Assembly (NCBI RefSeq): GCF_000142905.1 | Contig: NW_013657646.1 | Location: 62,001-126,000 of the forward strand | Direction: 5' to 3' | From: Thecamonas trahens ATCC 50062 | Taxonomy: Eukaryota > Protista > Apusomonadida | Length of the DNA: 64,000 bases | Part shown: one piece after another, positions 1-10,200 of the stretch | Layout: every line of letters starts with the position of its first letter | Position numbering within the stretch: the first letter of the stretch is position 1 | Notes under the pieces: model-generated | What the model was told of the DNA's origin: nothing | What the model saw: the letters and a program-made list of their open reading frames with translations, nothing else | Database searches by the model: none | Position numbers and translations under genes: made by a program

Positions 1-1396
1 TGATGCGCAGCTCCTTGGCCTCAGCAAGCTCCTGTGGCGACGGCTGCTCCCGCGCGTACGAGGCCAGCCGGATGTTGGCCATCTTGCGCGCAGCGCGCAG
101 CTCCTGCGGTGTGTAAGGCCGCTCGATGCGCGTCAGCCGCCGCAGACCAGGCTTGCGAGGCGAGGAGCCGTTGCGGCCTCCCGCGGCGGTGTGCTGAGGA
201 CTTGCGTACACCGACAAGTCTGGCGCCACCCGCCCCGCGGTCAGAGCCCAGCCGGCTCGCGGCGCCGAGTGTGGCCGCCGCCGCTTGCTCCGCTGCTTGC
301 CCTTGGGCGTCTTTGGCGATGCCGACGAAGATCCACTCCCGATACGTGCTGCTGCTGCCCGCTCCAGCGCCCGCTGCACAATCGCCGACGTCTTGGGCTT
401 TGTGCACCGCGGCGAGAACCGGGCCTGCTGCTGCGGCGTCGACGACGCCCGTGCCGACAGCGACCCGCCGCGACTATCGGCAAGAAGATTGTCGACATGG
501 TACGGCGACCGCGGATTAGTCACTGACCCGGCCTGCTTTGTGGCCAGCATCTTGGCATGCGCATGAAACTTGCGGGTCCGCGCGTCTGTCACCAGACACT
601 GCACCGTCTGTGCCGCGTTGACCGCCGCCACCCGACGGGCCTCCTCCTCGCCATAAGGATCCAGCGCCCGCATGATCCGCACATTGGGCCTTGTCAGCGA
701 CACGGTCTTTGTTCCGGCCTCCAGCGCATGCAGCGGGACGGCGTCCGACCCAAACAGCGCCACCCGCTCTCTCGGCCCCAATCTCGCGCTTGCCATCGCC
801 TCTGTCTCCACTAGCGCCCCTGCGTCCCTACTAGCTGTCAACCGAAGCTCATCGCCATCACCATCCTCGTACGCATACTCGTACTCGCCGTCGCTCTCCC
901 CAGGACCACCCGCCGCACTGCGAGTCCTCGCCAGACGATGACGATCATACTCACCGGCATACCCCACCAGATCCTCATCATGAGCATGGCGGTAGTTCTG
1001 GTGGTAGTCATGGTCATCGTCGACCTTGGCCGTGACGTTCTCGCCATCGTTCTCGTTGCTGTCCCCTCGGTCCGGTCGAGGAGTGGTGGCATGGACGTAG
1101 TCGGGCGGCAGCATCGCGTCACCGGTCGTCTCTGCTTCCCCACCACCACCACCAGCTCCAACAGCTCCAGCAGCTCCAGCAGCTCCAACTCCAGCTTCGG
1201 CAGCAGTAGCTCCTCCACTTCCACTTCCTCCCAGCACCAGTCGTGGCACTCGTGTGACATGGCCCCACTGTTCGTCGGCCACTGGTGGCTGTCCCTCTCC
1301 CTCGGCCATGTCGCCCAGGTTAGACACAGGTCGGACTGCGGCGGCTCCTGCTGCGCCTGCTCCTGCTCCTGCTGCTCCTGCTGCTGCGCTGGCCAT
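1..1396 (-). CDS. Hypothetical protein, 3' end runs off the window (MASAAAGAAGAG...RIERPYTPQELRAARKMANIRL...)
   Basis: Hand translation: stop-free minus frame from ATG 1396 to the window edge (at least 465 codons). It is missing from the ORF track because there is no stop in the window. No family recognised. Confidence 0.6.
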   Translation of the reverse strand, partial: MASAAAGAAGAGAGAAGAAAVRPVSNLGDMAEGEGQPPVADEQWGHVTRVPRLVLGGSGSGGATAAEAGVGAAGAAGAVGAGGGGGEAETTGDAMLPPDYVHATTPRPDRGDSNENDGENVTAKVDDDHDYHQNYRHAHDEDLVGYAGEYDRHRLARTRSAAGGPGESDGEYEYAYEDGDGDELRLTASRDAGALVETEAMASARLGPRERVALFGSDAVPLHALEAGTKTVSLTRPNVRIMRALDPYGEEEARRVAAVNAAQTVQCLVTDARTRKFHAHAKMLATKQAGSVTNPRSPYHVDNLLADSRGGSLSARASSTPQQQARFSPRCTKPKTSAIVQRALERAAAARIGSGSSSASPKTPKGKQRSKRRRPHSAPRAGWALTAGRVAPDLSVYASPQHTAAGGRNGSSPRKPGLRRLTRIERPYTPQELRAARKMANIRLASYAREQPSPQELAEAKELRI

Positions 1397-1583
1397 GAGC
1401 GCCTGGCTGTAGGTGAATGTAGCAGAGAAGTAGTTGGAGACTGATGGGCGTAAGCAGAGTCTCCACGAAGAGAGGTGGTGGTGGGCGGGACACGAGGAAA
1501 GTGCTGTGTCCGCGTGCTGGAGGCAAATATCGATTGTTTGTTGTTCCCATAATCGTAGCCAACTACTACTGCCCCCAACCACC

Positions 1584-1890
1584 AACAAACAATCGTTATC
1601 CCCGAACCATCATTGGCCTCAACAAACAATCGTTATCCTCGAACCATCATTGGCCTCAACAAACAATCGTTATCCTCGAACCATCACTGGCCTCAACAAA
1701 CAATCGTTATCCTCGAACCATCATTGGCCTCAACAAACAATCGTTATCCTCGAACCATCATTGGCCTCAACAAACAATCGTTATCCTCGAACCATCACTG
1801 GCCTCAACAAACAATCGTTACCCTCGAACCATCATTGGCCTCAACAAACAATCGTTATCCTCGAACCATCATTGGCCTCAACAAACAATC
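1584..1890. repeat. 37-bp minisatellite, about 8.3 copies (AACAAACAATCGTTATCCTCGAACCATCATTGGCCTC)
   Basis: Direct head-to-tail copies with no spacers. Copies 3 and 6 share a CACTGG variant. Confidence 0.97.
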
Positions 1891-2006
1891 AATGGCGCCC
1901 ATAAACTTTGTCGCAATTCAGACTCATTCGGTTCGGATTGGCCACCGCCAACGGCCGGCAGAGACAGACTCGTCTCTGCTGCTGCGGAGGAAGGCTTACG
2001 GAGAAG

Positions 2007-3533
2007 ATGCAGACGACACGGCGACTTGGAGGCAGTCACAGCCGAGGTGGAGCTGTTGCTGTTCTTTCCTCGCGTGATTATGCACGTATCAAGCAGAACC
2101 TGGGACAGACAGAGTCTGGCAGCTCAAAGAACGGCCATGGCAGCACGCGTAGGCCGCAAGGCTCAGTCGGTCGTGGTCGTGGTCGTGGAGCTCGTCGCCA
2201 AGTGGCTGGTGGACGGAATGCAGCACGTCGGGAGGAGCTCCATAACAAGTCGGTCGCCCGTGCTGCGCGGTGGAACAACACACTCGCCGCAAAGCAGCTG
2301 GAGAAGGCCACAGAGTATCAGCGCATGCTCGAAGCCGAGGAGCAGCGTCGCCAGGAGGAGGACATCGAGGAGGCTCGCATTCAGGCTGAGAAGCGTGCGG
2401 CGGCTATTGCTACTGCAAACGAGCAGCTGTACTACGAGACGGATCGCGTCAAGGCCTTCCATGCCGGCCTCCATCAGGCTCATGTCCTCAAGGAGCGCGA
2501 GCGCCAAATCGCCCTCAACAACCGCCGCAAGGCCGCACGTGCTGCGAGGGACCGCGCTTATGCCGAAAAGGTTCTCTCAGAAGCCGACGAGTATGCCGAG
2601 CGCGAGGAGCGTGAGGCTGAGGAGCGCCGTGCCAAGCAGACCGCGCTCAAGATGGAGCAGCGGAGGCAGATGGAGACCCGCGCATCGCAGAGGGCTGCCG
2701 AGAAGACCCGCAACATGCGCGAGGGCGAGCTGCTGCGCCAGCAGGCCCGCGACCATGCCCAGGCCGAGGCTGCCAAGGCCCACGCGCGTGCCGAGCGCTC
2801 GCGCAAGCTCAAGGAGGAGGCAATCTCGACAAATTCGGCGCTGCAGCAGATCAAGGCCGAGCAGCGGGTCCGCGAGCTGCTGGAAGACGAGCAGATCCTC
2901 AAGTATGAGCGCGAGCGCGAAGCGATGCTTGCAGAGCGCAAGGCTATCGCTGCCGCCCGCAAGGCTGAGAAGGACGCCGCTCGCGAGGCCATGGCCGCCC
3001 GCCAGCTGCAGGACGCTCTTGCCCGCGAGACCCAGGAGGAGGAACGCATCCACGCTGCAGTCATGGCCGCCGACGAGCGCAACGCCGTCGAAGAGGCCCG
3101 CCGCAAGGCCAAGGCTGCCGCCGCCAAGGCCGAGATCCGCGAGCAGCATCGCGCTCAGATTGCCCGCCGCCGTGCAGACGCCCGCGCAGACGCCAAAATG
3201 TCATCCAAGCTCCTGGCGTCGGCTGCTCAGGACGCTGCCGACTACGAGGCCGAGCGCGCCGCTGAGCTCAAGGCCAAGCGCGCCGCCGCCCGTGAGCTCG
3301 CCTCGTACCACAAGGCCCAGATGGAGCTTCAGAAGAACCAGAACGCCTGGGACAAGGTCCAGGCCGCAGACTTTGTTGCCCTCGAGGCCGAGCGCGAGGC
3401 CGCCGAGGACGCACGTCTCGAGGCCTACATGCAGGCCGTCATGTCCGAGGCTGCTGCCGAGGGCGTCCCACTCTACCCCATCAAGAAGGCTTACCATGCC
3501 GCCAAAGACTTTAACCCGCTCCGCCATGCGTAG
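2007..3533 (+). CDS. CFAP210: Cilia- and flagella-associated protein 210 (CCDC173), TPH coiled-coil domain
   Basis: Motifs LHNKSVARAARWNNT and QLYYETDRVKAFHAGL..VLKERERQI match CCDC173 as I recall it. E/R/A-rich coiled coil. First in-frame ATG is at 2007. Confidence 0.75.
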   Translation: MQTTRRLGGSHSRGGAVAVLSSRDYARIKQNLGQTESGSSKNGHGSTRRPQGSVGRGRGRGARRQVAGGRNAARREELHNKSVARAARWNNTLAAKQLEKATEYQRMLEAEEQRRQEEDIEEARIQAEKRAAAIATANEQLYYETDRVKAFHAGLHQAHVLKERERQIALNNRRKAARAARDRAYAEKVLSEADEYAEREEREAEERRAKQTALKMEQRRQMETRASQRAAEKTRNMREGELLRQQARDHAQAEAAKAHARAERSRKLKEEAISTNSALQQIKAEQRVRELLEDEQILKYEREREAMLAERKAIAAARKAEKDAAREAMAARQLQDALARETQEEERIHAAVMAADERNAVEEARRKAKAAAAKAEIREQHRAQIARRRADARADAKMSSKLLASAAQDAADYEAERAAELKAKRAAARELASYHKAQMELQKNQNAWDKVQAADFVALEAEREAAEDARLEAYMQAVMSEAAAEGVPLYPIKKAYHAAKDFNPLRHA

Positions 3534-3579
3534 ATAAGCAAACAAGCAGCAATCGTCGCTCCCGGGCCGACGCCAACCA

Positions 3580-3987
3580 CTAGCGTCGGACTCGTGTCGC
3601 CTGTGCTGAACGAGGCAGTCCAGCTGCACCACCTGATGCCGATACGATACCAGCCTCATCTCCGCAGTCGCCGAGCTCAGCATCGATGGGCGGATCGTGC
3701 TTGTCATTCAGCCTTCGACGATGTCCTGTCACCGATGTCGCCGCCAGAGCACAGAGATAGATCCAACACAGTGTCATGACCACCATCAACAAGCCCAGGA
3801 TAGCATACAATGCAGGTCCATCCAGAATCTCATCCAGCAGTACAATCATCCATGGCCCAGCTGGTCCTCCCGTCACAACATCGCCGCCGTTCAAACCGCC
3901 GTCCACACCCGCACCCCTCGCACTGCCCAAGCCACCGCTCGAGCTCCTTGAACTCAAGCTCCTTCTGAAACTCGACGTTGCACTCAT
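3580..3987 (-). CDS. Small single-pass membrane protein, hypothetical
   Basis: ORF with one strong hydrophobic segment (ALYAILGLLMVVMTLCWIYLCAL). Start uncertain. Confidence 0.4.
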   Translation of the reverse strand: MSATSSFRRSLSSRSSSGGLGSARGAGVDGGLNGGDVVTGGPAGPWMIVLLDEILDGPALYAILGLLMVVMTLCWIYLCALAATSVTGHRRRLNDKHDPPIDAELGDCGDEAGIVSASGGAAGLPRSAQATRVRR

Positions 3988-4795
3988 CCGCAGTCTCACT
4001 CGCCTCACGCCCTTCTTCACCGCAGTATGTGTTTCCGTTGCAGAGTTGAGTCGTGTCGCAGCTACTACGCAGCCTCTGTCTTTCTTCTCCTCCCCCGTCC
4101 CCGTCGCCGCATCATGCCTGCTCTCGCACAACGCGCAGCGAAAGCTGCTCTCAGTCGACGGGACATCAGTCTGAAAGAGGAGGGATATCAATCTCTCGAA
4201 TGTATCACAATCGGCTGGAAGATGGAGGAGGACTTTGCCATGTGGATGGAAAAGCGGTGCTGCTTTCTGGTCTGGTCTGGGCGTCTTGGCTACGCAGCAG
4301 CTGGTGGTGTGCAGACAGCTGCAGCAGGCTGGAGATACAAACCTTGGCGATCAAATCAGATCTCAGCCGTACTTGTCCGACACAAGCTGGCTCGTCCGTA
4401 AACTTCATCCCTTCATCGATACTTTTTGTTTTCGTCTCCTCGGTGCTGCACTCAGACGCCGCCGAGAACCGCCAGCGCATGCGTGATCATCATTTTTTCT
4501 CATTTCTTGCTCGGCCTTTCCTTCCCTGTCTTTTCACACTACGGGCACTACCACCTCCATCTACCCATCCACCAGCCATAGCCACCCACTTGTATTATAA
4601 CCTCAACTTCTGTCTCTTGCTTGTCGCACCACCGGTGCTCTTATCAAAGCACCGGCGTGGTAGCATGTGTCAAACTCCAACCGTGCTCAGCACAGCAGGA
4701 AATCTGCTCAATGCCCCCGCACGTCAAAACCATCGCGCACTCACCGTCGTATACCCGGTAGGCAAGCAATCCAGATCGCATCTTCTGATAGGGTC

Positions 4796-6010
4796 ATGTT
4801 TGAGGCTCTTGTTGTTCTTGCGGCTGTGGCCACTCTGGCTTTGGCTGGGACTACCGAGATGGTTTGGCATGAGGGCTTTGCCATGAGCGGCGTCAGTGTT
4901 TATCCCATCATCGCCGCCGAGTACAACAACGGCGGCAAGCCGGGATTCCTGGCAGTCACGCCCGATCGAACGGTGGCCAACCTTGCGGATGGAAGCAAGA
5001 GCTCGATGGCAACATCGACGTTCACGTCGATCAACTACCCATATGTTCTTGCCGGGCGGAATGGGAATAACGGGTTTGTGTTCACCAACGCCTCGTTCAC
5101 GAACAAGTACGCCTGCGAACTCAACGCCTTTGTCCTCCCAGGCTCACCGGGAAATATGGTTCCATCTTGGACGTATCGCTGTCTTCCCGGGAGTCACGGG
5201 TGGGCCACATCGTCGGACGATGGCGGTCTTGTCGTCGCAAACATCTTCTCCGAGGTTGGCGTCTCGGAGCTACTTTTTTTCACCCCTGACTCGAACCAGA
5301 CCTCGGCGCGGATCTCACTCTCCAAGGAGCTTCCTCAGATGGGCAACATTCGCCGCGATCTGGTTGCCTTTAACAGTGTGAATGATGGCGTTTTCGTCTC
5401 AGATGGTTCGCTTTATGCCATTGTCTCGCCTACCACGGGGACGATCATCCAGACCGGCAAGCCTGTCAGCGGCAGCGCTGCAGTCTCTGGCGTCTGCTCT
5501 GGCGGCGCCTTTCTGGTCATCTCTGATCCTAGCGATGGCGCAAACACAGTCATGGGCTATCACGACGGCAGCTACACTCCAGTCGTTTCGCTGCCAGGGA
5601 CCAACGTCGTGGCGCAGCTCTCCGACGACTGCTCCACGCTCGCGGCCTTTGACAACGGTGGTCACAAGCTTGATGTGTACTCGCTCTCGGGTACAACCGC
5701 GGTCCAGGCTGCAACTGTCCCCATGGATGGCGACATCACATCGGTTCTCGTCGCTCCCAATGGGGCGACGGTTGTAGTCTTTTCCAGAAGCAGTGCGTAC
5801 TCTCCCAGGGCGGTGACGGCGCCGTTCTCCACCGCTGACATCGCCTCGCTCGACCCAAATCCTAGCGTGGATTTCGCCCTCCCGTCGCACGCCACAATCT
5901 TCTCGCCGCCCGATGCTGCCACCACCACTACCACCAGCTACATCTCGATGGTTTGGTTCGTCTACTCGTCCGACTCTGCGCTTGTTACGTTTTACGAGAC
6001 GCTGTCGTAG
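4796..6010 (+). CDS. Secreted beta-rich (beta-propeller-like) protein
   Basis: Signal peptide MFEALVVLAAVATLALAG and repeated SxDG/APNG blade-like turns. Confidence 0.7.
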   Translation: MFEALVVLAAVATLALAGTTEMVWHEGFAMSGVSVYPIIAAEYNNGGKPGFLAVTPDRTVANLADGSKSSMATSTFTSINYPYVLAGRNGNNGFVFTNASFTNKYACELNAFVLPGSPGNMVPSWTYRCLPGSHGWATSSDDGGLVVANIFSEVGVSELLFFTPDSNQTSARISLSKELPQMGNIRRDLVAFNSVNDGVFVSDGSLYAIVSPTTGTIIQTGKPVSGSAAVSGVCSGGAFLVISDPSDGANTVMGYHDGSYTPVVSLPGTNVVAQLSDDCSTLAAFDNGGHKLDVYSLSGTTAVQAATVPMDGDITSVLVAPNGATVVVFSRSSAYSPRAVTAPFSTADIASLDPNPSVDFALPSHATIFSPPDAATTTTTSYISMVWFVYSSDSALVTFYETLS

Positions 6011-6383
6011 TCGAGCCACTAGGAGCCAGGAGCCGCTATGACGGGCGTCTTCGACATGGCACCGGGCATCAGGCATCAGGCATCAAGCACACGCACAAAA
6101 TTGTTGCACAAGCTGTGGCGGACAGAGTCAACGTCCTGCGGCCGATGGCTTCTTTCTTCAACTGCTTTGTTTGTAAAATCTGCATGCACAAGCAAATTTC
6201 CAACATCATCCACTTTTATTCGCACCTCCAACGCATCCTCTCCTTTGACCAGGCCATCGCGACGGAGGTTGCAGCAGCCTCCGCTCCCCCTGGCACGGCC
6301 ACACGGATACGTTTAATGCCACAGGCTTTAACATCTCTCTCCTCGTATCCGACGCGACACGGGCGGCAACTGCAAGCCGCAGA

Positions 6384-7205
6384 ATGGAACAGCTTGTAGC
6401 TGGTGGGCTGGCGGGCATGGCCGAAGTCGTGCTGCTGCACCCTCTAGACGTGGCCAAGAACAGGATGATGTTCCACTTGCCGCATGCTCCAAGTCGGGCG
6501 AGCAAGACCGTGCCAAACTACGCCTCGCTCCGCGACTGTCTCCGCACCACCTGGCGCCACGAGTCGCTCCGCGGCTTGTACAAGGGCGTGACTCTCCCGC
6601 TGGCGGCCATCTTTCCGCAAAAGGGCGTCAAGTTTGTAGCTTTCTCTGCCGCATTGTCGGCCCTGCCCGACTCGTCGCTCGCCTCAACTGCGATCGCCGG
6701 CGCCATCGGTGGCCTTGCCGAGGCGCTTCTCGTCACCCCGGCCGATGTCGTCAAGCTCGCGCTTGAGGCCTCGACCGCGCCTGCAGAGTCGGCATCCGCG
6801 GCAGCGCGAGCCATTGTGCGAGAGGCTACGTCGTATCCACTTGCACGCTGGGCTCGCGGCTTGGCTCCGACAGCTGCGCGATATGCTGTCTTTGGTGCGC
6901 TTTGGTTCCCGGCGTACCAGATCGGACTCGACGCTGGCCTGCCGGTCCCAGTTGCCGGCGGCCTGGCGGGCGTGGCAGGAGTCTCAGTCGTCCTTCCGCT
7001 CGACCGCATCAAGACCTTGGTGCAGTCGAGTCACCACGCGGCAGCATCGCCGATGGCGCTTGTGCGGGCACTGGCCGCCAGTCCGCCTACCGAGCTCTAT
7101 CGTGGATACTCCCCGGCTGCGCTGCGGTGCGGCATCGGTGCCGCCATCATCTTTACAGTCCATTCGCGGGTGCTCCGGCTGATGCGTGGCGAGGCCGAAG
7201 ACTGA
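6384..7205 (+). CDS. Mitochondrial carrier (SLC25), most like the oxodicarboxylate carrier, divergent
   Basis: Three Px[DE]xxK signatures (HPLDVAK, TPADVVK, LPLDRIK) plus RGLYKG and ELYRG. Confidence 0.9.
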   Translation: MEQLVAGGLAGMAEVVLLHPLDVAKNRMMFHLPHAPSRASKTVPNYASLRDCLRTTWRHESLRGLYKGVTLPLAAIFPQKGVKFVAFSAALSALPDSSLASTAIAGAIGGLAEALLVTPADVVKLALEASTAPAESASAAARAIVREATSYPLARWARGLAPTAARYAVFGALWFPAYQIGLDAGLPVPVAGGLAGVAGVSVVLPLDRIKTLVQSSHHAAASPMALVRALAASPPTELYRGYSPAALRCGIGAAIIFTVHSRVLRLMRGEAED

Positions 7206-7210
7206 CCTCG

Positions 7211-10200
7211 CTACTCGCAATCGAGCGCCTGAATGATTTGGATTGTTGACGGGCGTGCAGACGTTTCGCGGTTCCAGCATCGCCGAATCAGGTCTGCAAG
7301 GACGTCGTTGGCCACAGCGCGGTCCACGTCTGGCCGCCAGCCCGACACAATGCGGTGCGCCACCTCGAGGGCATTGCTCCCACCAAACGCCGCTTGTCCG
7401 GTCAGGATCTCAAAGACGAGCGTGCCGACAACATACACGTCCGACGCGGCGCTCGCCTCGCCGCCACACAGAACCTCGGGCGCGGTGTAGCCGGCCGACG
7501 GCACCATGGTCATTGTGCCCATGTTGTTGCGCAGGTCGTCCATGCCAAAGTCGGTGAGCATGATCGACCGCACCCGTTGCCGGCGCACCTCCAGCAGCAC
7601 GTTGGACGGCTTGAGTGCGCCATGCGCGCTCAAGCCGCGCTCGTGGAGGGTGTGCAGGGCACCGACAAGTTCGCGGATGATTGTCCGCTTGTTGTCGTGG
7701 ATCTCGAGGTCGACGTCACAGTCGTTGTCCGCTGTATGTCCGAGCGCGTCGGCGAGCGTTCCGTCGCCGGTGCGGTGGTAGATGACACTGCACATTGGCG
7801 GAGCCATGCAGAGCCCAATCGGCCCGAGCGCCTCGCCCCGGCACTCGAGCGAGACCCGGAAGGCTGCTGCTGCAGCGCGTGCAATTCGGACCATGTCCAA
7901 CACGTTGGTCGGCTGGACCAAGAGGAGCTTGACAACAACCGGCTCGTCGCGCCAAGTCGCATGGTGGACGTTGGCGTATGAGCCCAGCATCGACCGGCCA
8001 CCTTGCGCGAGGAGGGCGCGGATGTTCTCGCGCGAAACAAGCCACTGGCAGCTCGGCTGTGGACGAGGCGGCATTGCCGGCATGACCGTCGCTACAGTCG
8101 TCCGGCTGCCAAGCGCAACCGATAACGTTGACTCGGGCAACTGGTAATCTCCGCCCTCTGGGTTTTCTGCCGATGATGACGACAAAGACGACACTTCGAG
8201 CGGCGTGACAGCCGATCGGGTGGCGCTCTTGCGGGTAGTGCTCAACAGATTGCGTTCGGTCGTGCTTGCGTCCGCGATGGTATTCAGGCCGAGCGGGACA
8301 TGGAGTGGCACGATTAAGAATAGGCCGTGGACATGCGTTCCGCCAGCACTGGACGTGGTTGCATGGGCTGATGTTGACGGCGAGCCTCCGGATGAGTGCA
8401 TACTTTTGACCATTCGCGACGGCTCGATCGGGACGAGCGAGAACTTGGCAGCAGCCAACCCGGTCAGATCCGCATGCAAATCGCCGACCACAAACATCCC
8501 GTGCGCAAACAGCCCACGACTTCCCTGCTGGCCCTCGTCGAGCCCGGCTTCTGTCAGCGCAAATCCGCCAAAGCACACCTCCCACGTCGCCGCCAGTACG
8601 TCCATCACCGGGCCGCTCAGGCTCTTTTGCCCAAACGCGTCCTTGGACGTCGCGATGTCCGCCCGCGCAGCCACCATCGCCAGCTGCGGCGCTCCCTCGC
8701 TTGTCTGCGCCACCATCAGGTTGATGAACGTCGTCAGCTGTGTGTGCTGGTGAAAGACGAGCGTGAGCGCACCGAGCTTGTGCGAGACTGTTGTCCCGCC
8801 GGCGAGTCGTGCCAGCTCGGGCACTTTGAGGTCGAGCGTGGTCAGCTGCTCGTGCTCAGCATCCGGGTCATTCACCAACCGCCTGGCATACCCGGCAAGT
8901 GTCACATGGACCGCGATGACGGTTCCGGACGGGTTGAGCGTAGTGGTCGGGAAGACGAGTGCGTCGGTCGAGTACAGCCGCCCAAGCTCGGCCTCAGCCT
9001 GGGTCAGTGACATGCGATCGGATGCCTCAACTCGCCAAAGCGCAGCCATGACGACTCGCAGCTTGGAAAGCGACGGAGGGAGGCGCTGGAGGTCGGGCCG
9101 ACGACCGTTGATGACGTCGAGCGCGACAGCGATCGGATTCTCGCCAGCAAAGACATGGGCTCGCGATGCGAGCTCCCACAAGGTGATGCCGAGCGCATAC
9201 GCATCCGAGGCGGTCGACAGCGCGGTCTCGCCCTCGTCGAGCACTTCGGGTGCCGTCCAGAATAGCGTGCCTGTCGTGGCAGTGGCAATTTGGGGTGTAG
9301 GTGCGGCGCGAGTCGATATGGAAGTTGCGGGTAGCCTCATCGATCCCATGGAGATGCTGCCATGCGACGCCGCGCCCACGCGAGCAGACATCGGCATCCG
9401 CGAGATGGACGCGCTCGCTGCAGCAACTGAGAGCGACTGGGACGGCGCGACTCGATTGCTCATCCGGCGAGACTGCTCGATTGCAGCGCTGGCGGTTGGC
9501 ACTAGCGCCGCTGTCGGCCGGACAGACGAAAGCCCAAAGTCGCAAATCTTGGGCATCCACGATGCGTCAAACAGCACGTTGAGCGACTTGAAGTCACCGT
9601 GGACCACCCCAGCGTGCGCCAGAAAGTGCAGGCCTTGTGCCATGTTGTGTGCCCATTTGAAGATCATCGACGGGTGCAGGAACAGCTCGGCATTGTGGAT
9701 CACATCGTGCATCGACCCGCGATCCATAAACTCGGTCACAATGCCCGGCGGCTCGATCGTCACACCCATGAAGATCACAATGTTGGGATGCCGGAGTCGG
9801 ACAAGCATCGTCGCCTCGTCCACAAATTTGCGCAGCGTGCCCGGCTTCAGCTCGTGGTTGTGCATCCGCTTCACCGCCACGTCGGTTGCCCGCCACCGTG
9901 CCGTGTATACCGTGCCGAATGAGCCGATGCCCACCGCCTCGCCCACTGCAATGTCGTCCTCGGCGATGACCAGGTCCGAGTCGGACGCCAGCCGGTACGT
10001 CACTGTCTTGCGGCGGTAGACGACCCAGCCCACGATAACCGCCGCGATAATGGCTGTTGCAACGAGCGGAAGCACAATCGCAAGTGCGAGCATGGTCTTG
10101 GACTCGGAGACCGAGGTCGCCACCGCCAGCGGCGGCGCGGGGCGGTGGAGCGTGAGTCGGTACTCTGCACGGACTTCGCTTGAAAGTCGTAGTCCTTCAC

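Noticed and set aside
1584-1890. CRISPR array (37-bp repeats)
   Set aside because: Repeats are contiguous with no spacers, there are no cas genes, and the context is eukaryotic.
1444-3537. 697-aa ORF
   Set aside because: It is translated minisatellite plus an off-frame shadow of CFAP210.
6384-7205. Carrier as a glycolytic-intermediate transporter linked to mitochondrial PK
   Set aside because: Substrate cannot be assigned by eye, it looks ODC-like, and there is no linkage evidence.
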